A stretch of 64,000 nt of DNA from Lingula anatina (taxonomy: Eukaryota; Animalia; Brachiopoda): NCBI GenBank assembly GCA_051362555.1, contig CM120642.1, positions 4,836,001-4,900,000 of the forward strand. Direction: 5' to 3'. Under the pieces are notes generated by a model. The model was not told the origin of the DNA. It saw only the letters and a list, made by a program, of their open reading frames with translations, and ran no database searches. The translations under genes and the position numbers were made by a program. Positions 11,707-25,718 of the stretch are shown here, piece after piece (the first letter of the stretch is position 1; each line of letters starts with the position of its first letter).

Positions 11707-14574
11707 GGTGGGATATTTCTTCCGAGTGCCTTGCAGGTCTTGTTGGTACGTCATAACTACAGTGTATATGTATAAAATTGCAGTTTTAGTCTTTTTGCAG
11801 ACAGAATAAGGTCACCAAGATTTAAGGAATTGCAAAATGGACTAGCCCTGTCAGGTCAGAGGCGCTCACATACATGTGTAATACATTATCGCTTATAGAT
11901 GTTGTCACAGCTTGTAGGCCTAATGGTACGTAACCAACAGCGTTACTGCACTGTATAGAATTGTTTTTTTTACTCAGACAGAATAAGGTCATTTAATGAC
12001 CTTAAGAGACTAACAAAATTGCAAAATTGGTCATACCATAAAAAGTGTCTGTCTGGGTCACGTCAATGGCGCTCACATTTAAGAAATACGTTTAAAGATG
12101 TTGCCACACCTTCAAAAATGTCAGAATTATGTTATAAAAAGTGACTCTTTATAATCCTGAGATAGAATAATTAATTAGATGTCCCTCCTCTAATCATGCA
12201 ATTCATATCGCAGTTCATCTGGATACCTTTAGCCTTCTGGCAATTTCCGATTGCTTGAGGTCTTCATCATGAAAGGCTAATATCTAGGCCCGCCCCTCAC
12301 ATACTCAAAGCTGGTAAAGGTGTGGTGTCAGTTACTCCAAACTTCTGCTCAATATTTCACGGTGTTATAGCCCAAAAAAGGAGACGTGTATCTGCATACC
12401 CTTATCTCTCTTAGGAGCCACTCTCCATTGGCAGGTGCTTGACCAAGGTAACATGAAATGTTCAGATACCGTGGGTGTGACAACCCTTTTAATCAACAGT
12501 GTATATAAACGTAACCCTATTACCTTGTTCTGTTTGATACAATACAATAGTACCCTGCACTGGGGAGAGAAATCAACAGACATTAAAAAGCGATTGTGCA
12601 GTATCCTCTGACACGATCTTGTACAAAAGAAATGTAGACGGAGATGTATACCTACATGTATCTTATGCCCTCAGCTCGTCAGTAAAATTATTATAAAGCA
12701 ATTCCGCGAAGAAGGTACCAATTCCAAAAAATACCAGTTTATTTTTGGTCATAAAAGTGTCTGAAAATCTGCTTTTCTATCCTTTTACAGCTGAATGCAA
12801 TGTGTTCTACATGAAAAATAACATTAGATATTGTAGCACTCGCTTTAACAGGAACTTTGAGGGCCTCTGTGCCACAAATGCAAGATTTTACGTGTCGCTT
12901 TAGTATTATAGCTGATTTGCAACATAAAAATCACACATTTTCAAGCTTTTAGTTTTTTTGCCCTCGATAAATTTGCATTTATGTGTCTTTTATTCATATA
13001 TGGTGTTTTTGTCGAATCTGTCGGTTAATTACGAGACCGTAGTAGGTTAATCACAGTCGCTCAGTACCCCGAACCTCCGTTAAGCTTTATTAAGTAAGCG
13101 TAATAATAGATAAAAATGCTCATAAATCCCTCCCCCCCCCCCCCCCCCCCCCCGGTACATTTTTTAAACTCATAATACATCTTCTTCAGGAAAACTGTGC
13201 TATTTGTACATTTTAAATAATGCGTTCCACCATATAAAATGCTTACACAAAAAAGTTGAGGCATTATATTTCAGAGTCTAATCTCATTAACGGACGAAAT
13301 TTGAATACCTTGGTAAGGGGTGGGAGTATAAAGCTTTTAATACTTTTAAAAATAGTCCAGTATCTGCAACATGCAAAAGGCTGTTTATTCTATCAATGTT
13401 GCTGTCTAAAGGTCAATAACTTGAAAAACGGAAACTCAGTCATCTTTAAAGTTAACCTTTATTCGTTCACGCATTACGTAGATGTAATACAGCACATACA
13501 AGTAGTTGTAGTGGTGATGGTACTGGTAGTGGTGAAATGATCAAAAACTGAAATACAATAAATGTACATACAAATGAAAATAAAAGAATGGTGAGAGAGA
13601 GAGAACAACAGGTACACGCATATAGCGACAATGTAAATAAAACTAGAAAAGCTCTCCGAGAGCACAGACCTCCGCCAACGCAGCAAAGCCTCCACCCAAT
13701 GCCGTTTCACCCCTAAATTTTCATTCTATAATGATTTAGTTTTTTGGTTTTTGATTATTGATTGATTATTGGTTGATTACTGATTGATCCGGATCACCAC
13801 CAAAAACTAATCATCTGTTCCTTGGCCCACTTATGACAGTTCCTGAAAATTTTATCAAAATCGGTCCAGGATAATGTACATGTCAACTAAATATCGATAT
13901 AACAAAGATGAATTTAATACAAATACCACCTGACTTAATTAACTACAAATAGGTGATGACGGTTTACCAACATTTCTGTATCGAAATAAATCATCAACTA
14001 AACGTACATACCCAAAGCGTTCTAGATATCTTACCTTATTACAGTCTGAGAAGAACAAACCGACCGCACCCAGAACCGGGATACGCCCGCTTTTATAGAG
14101 AACGTTGACAAAAACTACTCAAATATACAAAAATATATTGCTGTGACATTGCGTTACATGTGACAGCATGATTGATTTGTCGATGTCGACAACAATCAAA
14201 ATGCAAGGTACCATAAGCTTAAACTGTTTTTTTTTTTTTTTTTTTTTTTGTTATTAATTTGCTTTTGCTATTTGCAGTCACTTTGGCACAAAGAAACATT
14301 ATGCAAAGAGTATAATTTATGAAGAAAGTATGTTGTGTGCGCTTTAAAAGGTTCAATATATTTAAGTCATTACATGAACGTGTTATTCCAGTATTTTATT
14401 AAAAAGTTATTTGGTCTCCAAACCCTGAACAAAAGAGTAGCCTATCATTGTAGCCTATTATTCCTGGTGTTAAGCACACTCATTGACATAGCAATAAGGA
14501 TGTCTTTGAAAAGTGTGTTTAACAGTGGTTGAATTTAGTCTATGATCCAAAATGAATAAGGGCCTTATTTGGAG

Positions 14575-15270
14575 CCCTTATTTGGCTGCACCCCCGACAG
14601 GCCAGTGTTTTACCGGAATTTTTCATTTCTGCCAGTTTCCGGTGTCACGTATACGGTCCGTTCTGTGTGAAACATCCGTCCTGACCGATTGTACACGCAG
14701 CGGACACATGTATGAGCCGTCCCGTGAAAGATTCGCTGTCATTCACCTGTACTGTTATATTCGGCTAGTTCATTTCCTACCTCATTATACATTTACTTAC
14801 TGTGATGGGAATGTTTCTAGGTAAAATTCATGTGTTAATTGATAATTTTGATAGAGAATATTTTAATCAGCGTCAAATTACAGTTCGACGCATGGATGAA
14901 CCTACCGTGGACAAGCCGTCGTTATTCAGCTATTGGCCTACTATTTTAGTATTGATTTTACAAGGATAGTGTGTTGATATGGCCACCTGAGGGAAATCGC
15001 AGTAGAGGTAAACAACTAAAAAATATAATTACTTCTAAAAATCATATTTGAATTTGGAGTATGTTCTCAAAAGCGCATGTTTATTAAAGGCTTGGAATGT
15101 ATTGATGACTCGCTAGAGACGTACTGTACACGCCGGAAGTTTCTCAGATTTGCCTACGCTTTGTGCGCATGAGCAGAACGGATGTTTCACACTCCGAGCG
15201 GTACACGCCGGCTCGAAAAAGTGTCCGTTTGTACCGGAAACACGCCAAATCTAAGATGGCCGCCAATAAA
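14575..15270. mobile_element. Probable non-autonomous DNA transposon with subterminal inverted repeats
   Basis: GTGTGAAACATCCGT (~14665) is inverted relative to ACGGATGTTTCACAC (~15178); GC-richer ends; imperfect terminal inverted repeats. Boundaries approximate. Confidence 0.45.
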
Positions 15271-15484
15271 TTCATGTCATATGTAAAAACAAAAATTGAC
15301 TTTAAAGTTACTTTACAACTAAATATTATCAAAATTTGCGCTGATCACAAGTACAATCAAATATACTGTGGATCTATCATAAATGAAAACTTTTGAACTA
15401 TCAGAACTGAGATCCAATGAAACTATTTTCACATGATACCCCAATGTACTACTTAAACAAAAAATCTTAAAACTTTTAAAACTG

Positions 15485-15522
<38 letters not shown>

Positions 15523-15814
15523 GCAACATACAAAATGCTCAATTGCAATTACTCATAAACATTGACAAACAAAATTCTCTTTTTTTGCCATGATGTTTCC
15601 TTTTATTCAGTAATGATTAATCCCCTCCTGGGACCCGTTCCATACAACGTATAAAATCGAAAGTCAAGAATCTCAGCTAATTTGTATTTTGGAAAAAAAA
15701 CGCTTACTAATTTACCCATTTTCCATCTCAACTCATTTCTCCCCGTCTGCAAAATCGTTTTTATTATTTCACATTGCATAACTAGAAGTTGACTCAATGT
15801 TTTATCACACAATG

Positions 15815-17333
15815 TCAACAATGATGAGCTACTGCTCCTGACGCAATTGAAAAGATCTTTTTCCGTGGAGCCTTCACATCATGATAATAAAACATTCGAG
15901 TAAATTCGGCATGAACTTTAAGTGTGTTTTTATTCTCAGTCAGTAATTCTTGTAAAATCTCGCTCCCAACAGGTACCCACATGTCCACAGTTTCACCAAA
16001 AGTAGTCTTGCCCATTAAGCTGACCAGTAAGGTTTTTATAATGGCGGAAGTTTCACCATAAAGTGGGCCAAGAAGGGTAGTATTGTTGGAATCACGCCTT
16101 ATGACACCGTAACCGACAATTTCATCTGCCTTGCTCATAGCAACCAAGGTTGTGGTCGATTTCCCCTCAACCCACACTCTTAGAAACCTTTCACGTTCAA
16201 TGGAGTGTATTTTGGTGTCATATTGAATCAGGGCATCAAATTGCACGCCTTGTGAAGGAAACGCAGATACTATACAATCTTCTGACAACTTTATCTTTTC
16301 TGTTGCGATGGTACCGGATACATGGCGTACTTTCCATGATTCAACTGTAAAACCTAATCTTTTGTTCGGCACCACTCTTTCTGCCACAGAGAATATGCCA
16401 AGGTTCCTATCCCCAATGTACTCTTCTACCTTCTGCCGCAACCTTGTACCTATTTGATCAAAACTAACGAAAGTTAAAAAAACAAAAAACATTGACTATA
16501 TTTAATTTTTAAGGGGATTGGTCTCAGTTTTCAAAAGTAGGGTACTTTTTGATATAGTCTCCATTAGTGGTACATGTCTCACTTTATTTGTTTTATTTCT
16601 TTTCTGTGAAATTCAAATCAGATGGCACGTTTAACGTACAAACTAAAAAAGTGAATAAAATATGTGTCAGGCCAATCAGTAACGTTATAAAATAGCGCTG
16701 ACCAAATATCTCTGCTCCCGATATATGTACATACTGCTTTAACGACTGTCACCTCTCTACGACACATTATAATGAAGTATCTGAATAGTTTGAGGACGAG
16801 CGATTCGACACAGAAACTCCTGTAATGTATTCTTTCTCCCCCCCCCTTCCCCGAAATCTAGCATTCGTAGGCCTACTCAACCATCACAATCACATTACAG
16901 ATGCTTTCTTACCAATACCCAGTCCACGATGCTGCTTACAGACGATCCACATTCCTCCAAAGGCTTCCTCTTCACTCATGTTAAAGCCCATTGCAACACC
17001 TGTAAACCATAAGAGATCACTCTGCATTTTTAAAATTATTAACATCATTATTAAAATAAAGGCTAGTGTAATCCAATTTTTCATTTCATACATTATTCAA
17101 AAGGAAAGAAAACTAAGGCGTGGTTTGAAAAACATGGCGGCGGAAAGCAATAGGTGTCAGTTTTGTTTACCTATAACTTTCCCCTGCAGCTCAGCAATAA
17201 ACGATCCTTCTGGGCTGTATTCAAAGAGAGCCTTAATAACATCCTGGCTGTAATTCCATGACTCCTTCTCTGCCAAACGGGTTACTTCAGCCAAATTTTC
17301 AGGCTGCATAAGCCTTATCGTAGCCGTCGACAT
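15815..17333 (-). CDS. GNAT acetyltransferase copy C (294 aa, intact)
   Basis: Exons 17333-17171, 16999-16913 and 16449-15815; canonical splice sites; HRGLGIG motif. Confidence 0.9.
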
Positions 17334-17653
17334 GGTGGGATTTTTGTCCCTTGTACCTTTTGTCTGGCAGTGGTACTTAGATCTAACGAAATGCGTAAAA
17401 CTAATATGTATGCAGTGGTTGTCTTTATATGTACTGGCAAAATTCGGTCGTAAATGGGCCATTTAACATTAAAGTTACTGGCTAGGTCTTGTGGGGTCAG
17501 GTCACGTGTAGGTTAGGTCAGTTTTAACGACTGTCACCTATCTCTCAGTAGACATGAATAACGCATCTTAAAGTGGCAGTGACATATTTGTCGGAATTCC
17601 TTTCAGGCAGGTCATACATTTAAACTGGTGACTACATTCAGAAAAGTCCTTAC

Positions 17654-17730
17654 CAATACACTGCCCACGCTATGGCTTACTGACTACCCACATTCCTCTT
17701 CACTCAGGTTAAACCCAATTACCACAACGG
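17654..17730 (-). pseudogene. GNAT copy D remnant (exon 2 only), disrupted by a Gypsy insertion
   Basis: Exon-2-like sequence with an internal deletion; upstream-region homology resumes at ~20680 on the far side of the retroelement. Confidence 0.7.
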
Positions 17731-17818
17731 AAAACCCACATTAGGGCATTCCACAATGGATATCATAAATCTTTTCAATTCATAACTTTTCTCCAAAATC
17801 GGCCTTGGGCGTAGTTTT

Positions 17819-20680
17819 TGTAACATTATCTACTTAATTGTTTTTTGTGAATGTCATTAAAGGTCAGAAAGCTCCATAAGTGGCATTCTTTAAATGACCC
17901 TGGTCACCTACAGAATTCACATGATGACAGTTTCAGACATTGTTAGAACAAACACGTGTTCCTGATACTTCGTAATGTACATGTACCGTACGCATTGTTG
18001 TTGCCTCTCTCTTGAATAGAGTCCGGCACGTTGGACTCAGTAAAGAGCCATCTTAGACATGTTATTACATTGTATCAAAAGTGACTACAACACATAGGCA
18101 ACAGTGACGATCCGAGGCAGTTTTTACGTTGTTAACTGTTAGCATGGAACTCACTGGTATTCCAACACCTTCCATGGAATGGAGTGCTTCTAATCTTCTT
18201 GAACAGTGGAAAAAATTCCACAGTCTCGTGGAACTCATTTTAATGGGCCACTAAAGGAAAATGAAGAGAAAGTGAAGGTGACTTACCTCTTGTTATGGAT
18301 AGGAGACAAAGGGAAAGAAATAAACTCAACTTGGACATATCTGGACCAACCAGACAAGCTGCAATCTTATTATGAACGTTTTCAAGCACATGTGCAGCCA
18401 AAACTGAATCGCATCTTCGCGCGGTTCAAGTTTGAAACTCAACAATAAAACTCAATTTATTATGCGTTTGCAGACACTTCCTGTCGACTGTGCATACGCA
18501 AATGCAGAAGAGATGATCCGAGACAGGATTGTATTTGGTACTTCATCAGAGAAAGTGAGGGAAAAGCTCATAAATGACAAGCTTACACTCGACAAGGCCG
18601 TGCAGATAGCTCAGTGGTACGTGTATTCAGTTGCCTCCACGTACAGGCAACTGGAGACATGTGAACAGACAGAGGAGACTGCGAAAAAACAGGACAAACA
18701 TGAGTGTGACAATTGTGGCTACGAGACTGATAAATGTCCGGCTAAGGGTAAACATTGTAATAACTCTAAGAAATTCAATCACTTTGCTAAGAAAAATGCC
18801 GCAAAAGGATTTCTAAAAACATGTTAACGAGTTGCAAACTTTGCCAGATCGGCCTGATTCCGATTCTAATTCAGATTCACAATTTATTGTAAATAGTATT
18901 GACACATCAGAGGGCTTAGATCAAGCATTTTGCCATGCAGAAATTGGTCCAGCAAAGACCAATATTAAGTTTGAGATTGACACAGGTTCTCAAGTGAATA
19001 TTTTACCCAAGCACGTGTTTGACTCAGTAGGTCATGTAGCCGACCTGAAATCTCCTGGTCAGAAACTTACTGCTTATAATGGTCACTGCTTACAAAATTG
19101 TGAGACAATGTGTCTGCAAGTGATATCTAGGTACATGGTTTGTAAATCACCTCAAGATCATATTGCTGTAACTGTAGCAGCATTTATCTAGCTGTATTCA
19201 AGGGCTTCTTTAATATAGATATCAAAGGCTTGTGGTCTGTCTCCACAACTATCTTACGGCTATAAACATACTGATGAAATCTTTTGCACCCGAAAACTAT
19301 ACCAAACATCTCCTTTTCTATCTGGGCATAGTTGATTTCTGAAGCATTCAGAGCTTTGAACGCACATGCTATGGGTTTTCCTTCCTGCAATAGTGCAGCA
19401 CCTAGACCATACTTAGAGACATCAGTCTGTAGAGTATAATTGCCCCTCTGAGATTATAGAATGCTGGAATCACAGGGATGAATTGTCTTATAGTGATGGC
19501 CTACTGCTCAAAGGACAAAGGGTTATTGTACCCCAGAGACTAAGGGTGAAAATACTGCACTCTATACTCACAGGTCACAAAGGAAAAGAGAAATGACTAA
19601 ACCGAGCAACATCAGCAATTTTTGGACAGGCATGTCAGGTGACATTAGTAATTTTGTTTGTAAGTGCCCCATTTGTCTCATGCAGAGAAGTAACAACCCT
19701 AAGCAACCTTTGCAGCCTCACCTCATCCCAAAATACCCCTGGCAAACAGTTGCCACTGACTTGTTTACAGGAGATGGAAAGGATTTTATAGTTTTAGTTT
19801 TTATAGTTGTATAGTTGTAGATAAATATTATAGTTGATAGTTTGAGGTAGCTCAACTTACCTTTACTCAAAGTAATCAGGTAATCAGCAAGTTAAAGATT
19901 TAAAGGTAATGTTTGCAAGATTTGGAATACCAGAAATTGTCATTTCAAACAATAGTCCTCAGTACGCCTCTCTGGAGTTAACTGATTTCTCTAAGCAATA
20001 TGATTTCAAACATGTGACCTTAAGCCCCAATTACCCTAAGTCCAATGGACTGGCTGAGAAATATGTCCAAATTGTAAAGAGACTGTTTGAATAGTCAAAG
20101 TCTGCTAAATCTGATCCTAATTTGGCTTTATTGGAATACAGGGTATCCCCCTTGACATCATATACTCCCCAACGCAGTTATTACAAGGACAACAGTTGCG
20201 TTCTGTTTCACCTGTCATCACTCAACAGTTGTGTCCCCAGTTCATTGATCCTAAAAATGTCAATGATCATATGATAGATTCGAGTCATCAAAAGCAGAAG
20301 AAATGTTATGACCATGGTTCCCGACCCCTTCCCCTTGTAAATGTAGATGACTCAGTCAGATGTCAGTGAAATGACAAATTATGGAAAACTGTCACTGATA
20401 AAGTGAATAAAAAGTCGTTTGTTTTACAAGCTCCTAATGGTGGTATATTTCGACGTAACAGGCGTCATATTCTCAAAAGAAAAGAGCCCAATGATCCTCA
20501 TGACACTGACCTACCAGTGCCTATTTGCACTGAGAATCTGGTTAATAAATCCAGTGATCTTAAAAATATAGTAGATCACCCAGAGCCTACTGTAAATGCC
20601 ATAGTTACATGTAAGTCCTCGGTTAAAGTAAAATCAACCCCCGCTGTCACTGATCACATGATGGCTACGTCACATCTCAT
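17819..20680 (+). mobile_element. Decayed Ty3/Gypsy LTR retrotransposon (5' LTR, gag, protease, inverted RNase H, integrase; RT and 3' LTR lost)
   Basis: LTR-like ~17819-18091; gag from ATG 18144 (MELTGIPTPSMEW..., IRDRIVFG, degenerate CCHC); protease IDTGSQ; RNase H YAQIEKE...ETDHKPL on the minus strand at 19184-19435; integrase PWQTVATDLF, FARFGIP, SNGLAEK, RRNRRH. Many stops and frameshifts. Confidence 0.9.
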
Positions 20681-20772
20681 GGGATTCCTCAGTGTTGTTG
20701 ATTTGGTAGAACTAAAGTGTATATGTAAAATTGCAGTTTTCGTCTTTTTGCAGACAGAATAAAGTCATCAAG

Positions 20773-20939
20773 CAGGCCCGTAGCCAGGGGGGTTCGGGGG
20801 GTTTGAAAGAACCGCCCCTTTTGCTGGGAAAAGGTCCACTCTGGGTAAAATTTGATCTAGGTACATGAAGTTTTTATGGGAAAAGGTCCTCTTTTTCGGA
20901 AAAAGAACCCCCCTTTTGAAATTGCTGGCTACGGGCCTG
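20773..20939. mobile_element. MITE (167 bp)
   Basis: Perfect TIR CAGGCCCGTAGCCAG / CTGGCTACGGGCCTG, 5-bp target-site duplication TCAAG; empty paralogous site near 11810-11825. Confidence 0.88.
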
Positions 20940-21829
20940 TCAAGATTTATGTAATTGCAAAATGGATCATTCCACGATAATTGATTGATGGCTGGATCAG
21001 GTCAAAGGCGCTAACATTTTGTGTAATATACTACCGTTAAGATGTTGCCACACCTTCCAAAATTCTCATTTGTTTTAAAAAGTGACTTTTCATTGTCCTG
21101 AGATAGAATAATTAATTAAATGATACACATGCAAAAGTAACAATCAACATAGGCATATCACACCTGTGCTGATTTATTAAATTTTTCTCAACATGACACA
21201 ACAAATTGGTTTCTTCAGTGTACAGACCCTATGTAAAAAAATTTCTTATAACGTTTTATACGGGATTGATTAATTTTAAAAATGTACACATTTTTATTTG
21301 ATAAGACACCTTTACAACATGTACCCATATTGAAGTAGTTCACGTAAAAATGGGTCAAATACCGTGCCCATAAAGAACATTTACATTATTTAAAATGTAG
21401 TTATCTGTTGTGAGATATTGATACAAACTTGTTTCAGGAATTAAAATGAACAACATTTTACAATATTTAAAATGTAGTCATTTATTGTGAGATATTGGTA
21501 GAAACTTGTTAGGTTTTATGTTAGTTTTAGCAACAATACTTCCTAGTACGTCCTTCATGTACACTCAAACAAATTTGATATTGTATTTTGAAAGTATTCT
21601 AATTCCTAATATCAATATCTTTTAACCCAGTTGTTAATTTTTGTTACAATTTTAATGATATATTTTAAGTTGTTGTTTTAATTTTTCATTTTGGTTCTAA
21701 GTTGTATAAAAAAAAACGCTTACTCATTTACATATTTTTCATCTCAAATCATTCCTCCCCTTATTTAAATCGTATTTGTTATTTCACATGGCATCACTAA
21801 AAGTTGACTGAATGTTTTATCACTGAATA

Positions 21830-24733
21830 TTAACAATGATGAGCTGCTGTTGCTGACGCAATTGAAAAGATCTTTTCCTGTGGAGCCTTCACGTCATGAT
21901 GGTAAAACATTCGGGTCACGTCCGCATGAACTTTAAGCGTGCTTTTATTCTCAGCCAGCAATTCTTTCAAAATCTCGCTCCCAACAGGTACCCACATGTC
22001 CACAGTTTCACCAAAAGTAGTCTTGCCCATTAAGCTGACCAGTAAGGTTTTTATAAAGGCGGGAGTTTCACCATAAAGTGGGCCAAGAAGGGTGGTATTG
22101 TTAGAATCACGCTTAATGACGCCGTAACCGACGATTTCACCTGCCCTGCTCATAGCAACCAAGGTTATGGTCGATTTCCCCTCAATCCAAACTCTTAGAA
22201 ACCTTTCACGTTCAATGGAGTGTATTTTGGTGTCATATTGAAGCAGGGCATCAAACTGCACGCCTTGTGAAGGAAACGCAGATACTATACAATCTTCTGA
22301 CAACTCTATCTTTTCTGTTGCGATGGTACCGGATACATGGCGTACTTTCCATGATTCAACTGTAAAACCTAATCTTTTGTTCGGCACCACTCTTTCTGAC
22401 ACAGAAAATATGCCTAGGTTCCTATCCCCAATGTACTCTTCTATCTTCTGCCACAATCTTGTACCTATTAGATCAAAACTGACGCAGGTTAAATTAAAAA
22501 AAAAAAACATTGTCTATATTTAATTTTTAAGGGTTGATAAAGCCTCCATTAGTGCTACGTGGCACACTTTAATTTGTTTTATTTATTTTCTGTAAAATTC
22601 AAATCGGATGGCAGGTTTTATAAACTAATAAATACAAGCGATACAGTGTTCAGTTCACAAAAATAACCCTAGACTTGTGCACTCGACTTGTTTTATAGCC
22701 TTACATGTACTTATTTTAAGCCAGTGGACATTAACAACTGGAGTTATTAAGATTTGTCTGCACCGCGCAATACAGCATTGGATCCATCTAAGATGAAAAA
22801 TTTGGGATATTGGCCTTTGGAATTAATATCTGGGATGACATTTTAGAGAGAGACCTCTTAGGAGAGCTAAGAAGACGGACACGAGTTATGGGAAAGGGTT
22901 CAGAAGTTGGAGTTTTCACCTAGAACATGTAGTTGGCAAACTTCATCGAATAAACCGTTAAATAGGTCATTATGTGTCCTACGGTTTTCTTTGAGCGACT
23001 TAACGTAAATCTGACACGAACCGTTGAATTTCGGATGGCGTTTTGTGCAGTATAATAAGGTATTCATTACCGAATGGGTGAGTTTTGACAGTTTACGTTA
23101 AAATGTGAGAACAGCTGACAAGACACAGAATGGCCAAAATTTTGAAGCCGTCTTACAATATGCATGTAGTCTGCATTACAGCCAAACACTGTGAAATCAG
23201 TGTACACTTTTCTTTTCTTCCACAACCATGAACCTATTCAATCAAAATCAACGGAAGTTAGTATATCCGAAGTTTCACAGTAAAACCATTGTAAATTGAG
23301 GTTGATATTGACATACAATGAGGTGCTTAAGGTTATGGTTATCCTTCGCCCAATACTCCTTGTTTAGTGCCTTGCATACATTCTCTACGGTATTAAATAA
23401 AGCTTTAGTGTTTAGAGACTAAATTAATTAACATTTATACATATGTCGCCTTACTGCGATTTGCGGGTAAAAACGGTTTCTCAATTTTCTCTCTTTCCGA
23501 TTTAATGACACCATTAAGTACTCCTAAAGTCTGCCAGTGATTCTTTTTTGAAGTCTTGGTTCAGATTTTATCGTAGATAAAGCAAAATAATGCCAGTTCA
23601 ATGAAAGTCTGTAATTAATGGCGGCACGGAATTGTAGCCTATAGATTTCCAATACATTTTGTCAATTTTCGTGATAAAATCTTGTTCAGTTATGCCCTAT
23701 ATACCTACTGCTGTCTCACCTCAAAATGAAAGGTAACAAGGTGTTACATAGACGGTAAAGCTTTGAGTTGCATATGCTCATACATTGCATCGAAAAAATA
23801 TACACGCCGAAATTTTATACTTTAGAGGTTTTTTCATTGTTTTAAATCAGCACGCCTATACATGCATTATTGAATAATTGTTTGGAAGATACATGTTTTG
23901 GAAGATATACGGGTATAAGGGTCTATGGGTTACTGCAGGTCGAAATAAAACCGTATTTCATAAACAATTAAAGAGATAACAATATATGGCATTACAGTTA
24001 CATTTCTCACAACAGAAGACAAATATTAGAGAAAGAGCAAAAAGTGCAAAAAATATATAAACGTGTCAGACCAATCAGTTATAATGGTAGGGATCAAATA
24101 GCCCCACTCCCGATACATATCCATGCTGCTTCAACGACTTTCATTTATCTACAACACATAATACAGCATTCAAATTGTTTGAGGACGCGGTGCATTTAGA
24201 CGAGCGATTCTAAACAGAAATTCCTGTATCGTATTTTCACGCCCCCCCCCCCCAAAAAAAAAAAATCTAGCATTCGTGCTCAACCATCACAATTACGTTA
24301 CAGATGCTTTCTTACCAATACGCTGCCCGCGGTGCATCTTACTGACGATCCACATTCCTGCAAAGGCTTCCGCTTCACTCAGGTTAAATCCCATTACAAC
24401 ACCTGTAAACCATAAGGGACCACTCTGCATTTTTAAAATTATCATCATTATTAAAATATAGGCTAGTGTAATCCAATTTTTCATTTCATACATTATTCAA
24501 AAGGAAAGAAAACTTAGGCGTGGTTTGAAAAACATGGCGGCGGAAAGCAATAGGTGTCAGTTTTGTTTACCTATAACTTTCCCCTGCAGCTCAGCAATAA
24601 ACGATCCTTCTTGGCTGGATTCAAAGAGAGCCCTAAGAACCTCTTGGCTGAGATTCCACGACTCCATTTCTGCCAAACGAGTAACATCAGTCAAGTCTTC
24701 GGGCCGCATAAGTCTTATCCTGACTGTGGACAT
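21830..24733 (-). CDS. GNAT acetyltransferase copy E (294 aa, intact)
   Basis: Exons 24733-24571, 24402-24316 and 22464-21830; canonical splice sites; HRGQRIG motif. Confidence 0.9.
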
Positions 24734-25718
24734 AGTTAGACTTTTGTTCCTCACACATTTATTCACGCCATGCATTGCGTATAACTAACAGCCAGCAATG
24801 TGTATGCAGCAGTTGTCTGCTAGTATATATATATTTGGAAGATATACGGGTATAAGGGCTTATAAATAAATAAACAAAATTAGATCGTAACTGGACCATT
24901 ACACAATAATGTAACTGTCTAGGTCAATGAAGCAAATAATGATGCACAAAATAGGTTATTTATCAGTTTTGATGCAGTTTAACGTGGAGCTTTACAGCAA
25001 AATCAACGTCAAATTGTAATAATGCACAACAGGTCACAGACATTAGGAATATGTTTGTAGCAAAGGCCCAACCCCGAGACTTCAATTGCATAACCTGGAA
25101 ATCCTGAAATCTGGAAAATGAACATTTTATGAAAAAAATGTAACTCAAGCTGTATTTTAGTCAAATGTTTCTTTTCTGTAAGTTTGATAATCAAAAGTAA
25201 CATGGTTTTGCTGTTATGTTCATTATGGAGGTAGCGCACAAAATAAGATTCTCTTAACACAACCAATTTTTTACATTTTTTTTAAAATAAAATAATATAT
25301 AAGTATCATGGATATTCAAAATGTGTCTAAAAAGGTCTTCAGGCCCATGGAGGTTCAAAGTCACACCTTGAAAATGCCAATATGTAAAAAATTAACATTC
25401 AACAAAAAAGTATAGCTTCATAAATCGTAATAATAATATAATATAAACTGAAAGAACGGCATAACTTCAATAGAAATACTCCGACCAGACTTGGTTTTTT
25501 TTTAACTCTACCTGTTGCGTGATAATATACGTGGGATTAAAATCGGCCTAGGTGAGATTGAAATCTCAAAGCCATTTTAGTAGAAAAGATCTATAGTTAA
25601 GATCATCTGAAGAACATTTTCGCTCACTAATATACCCATTTATCAACCTTAATTGTATTCCCCTATTATACAATTTCATTTGTTATTACGGAATAACTGA
25701 ATGATTTGTGACTGAATG

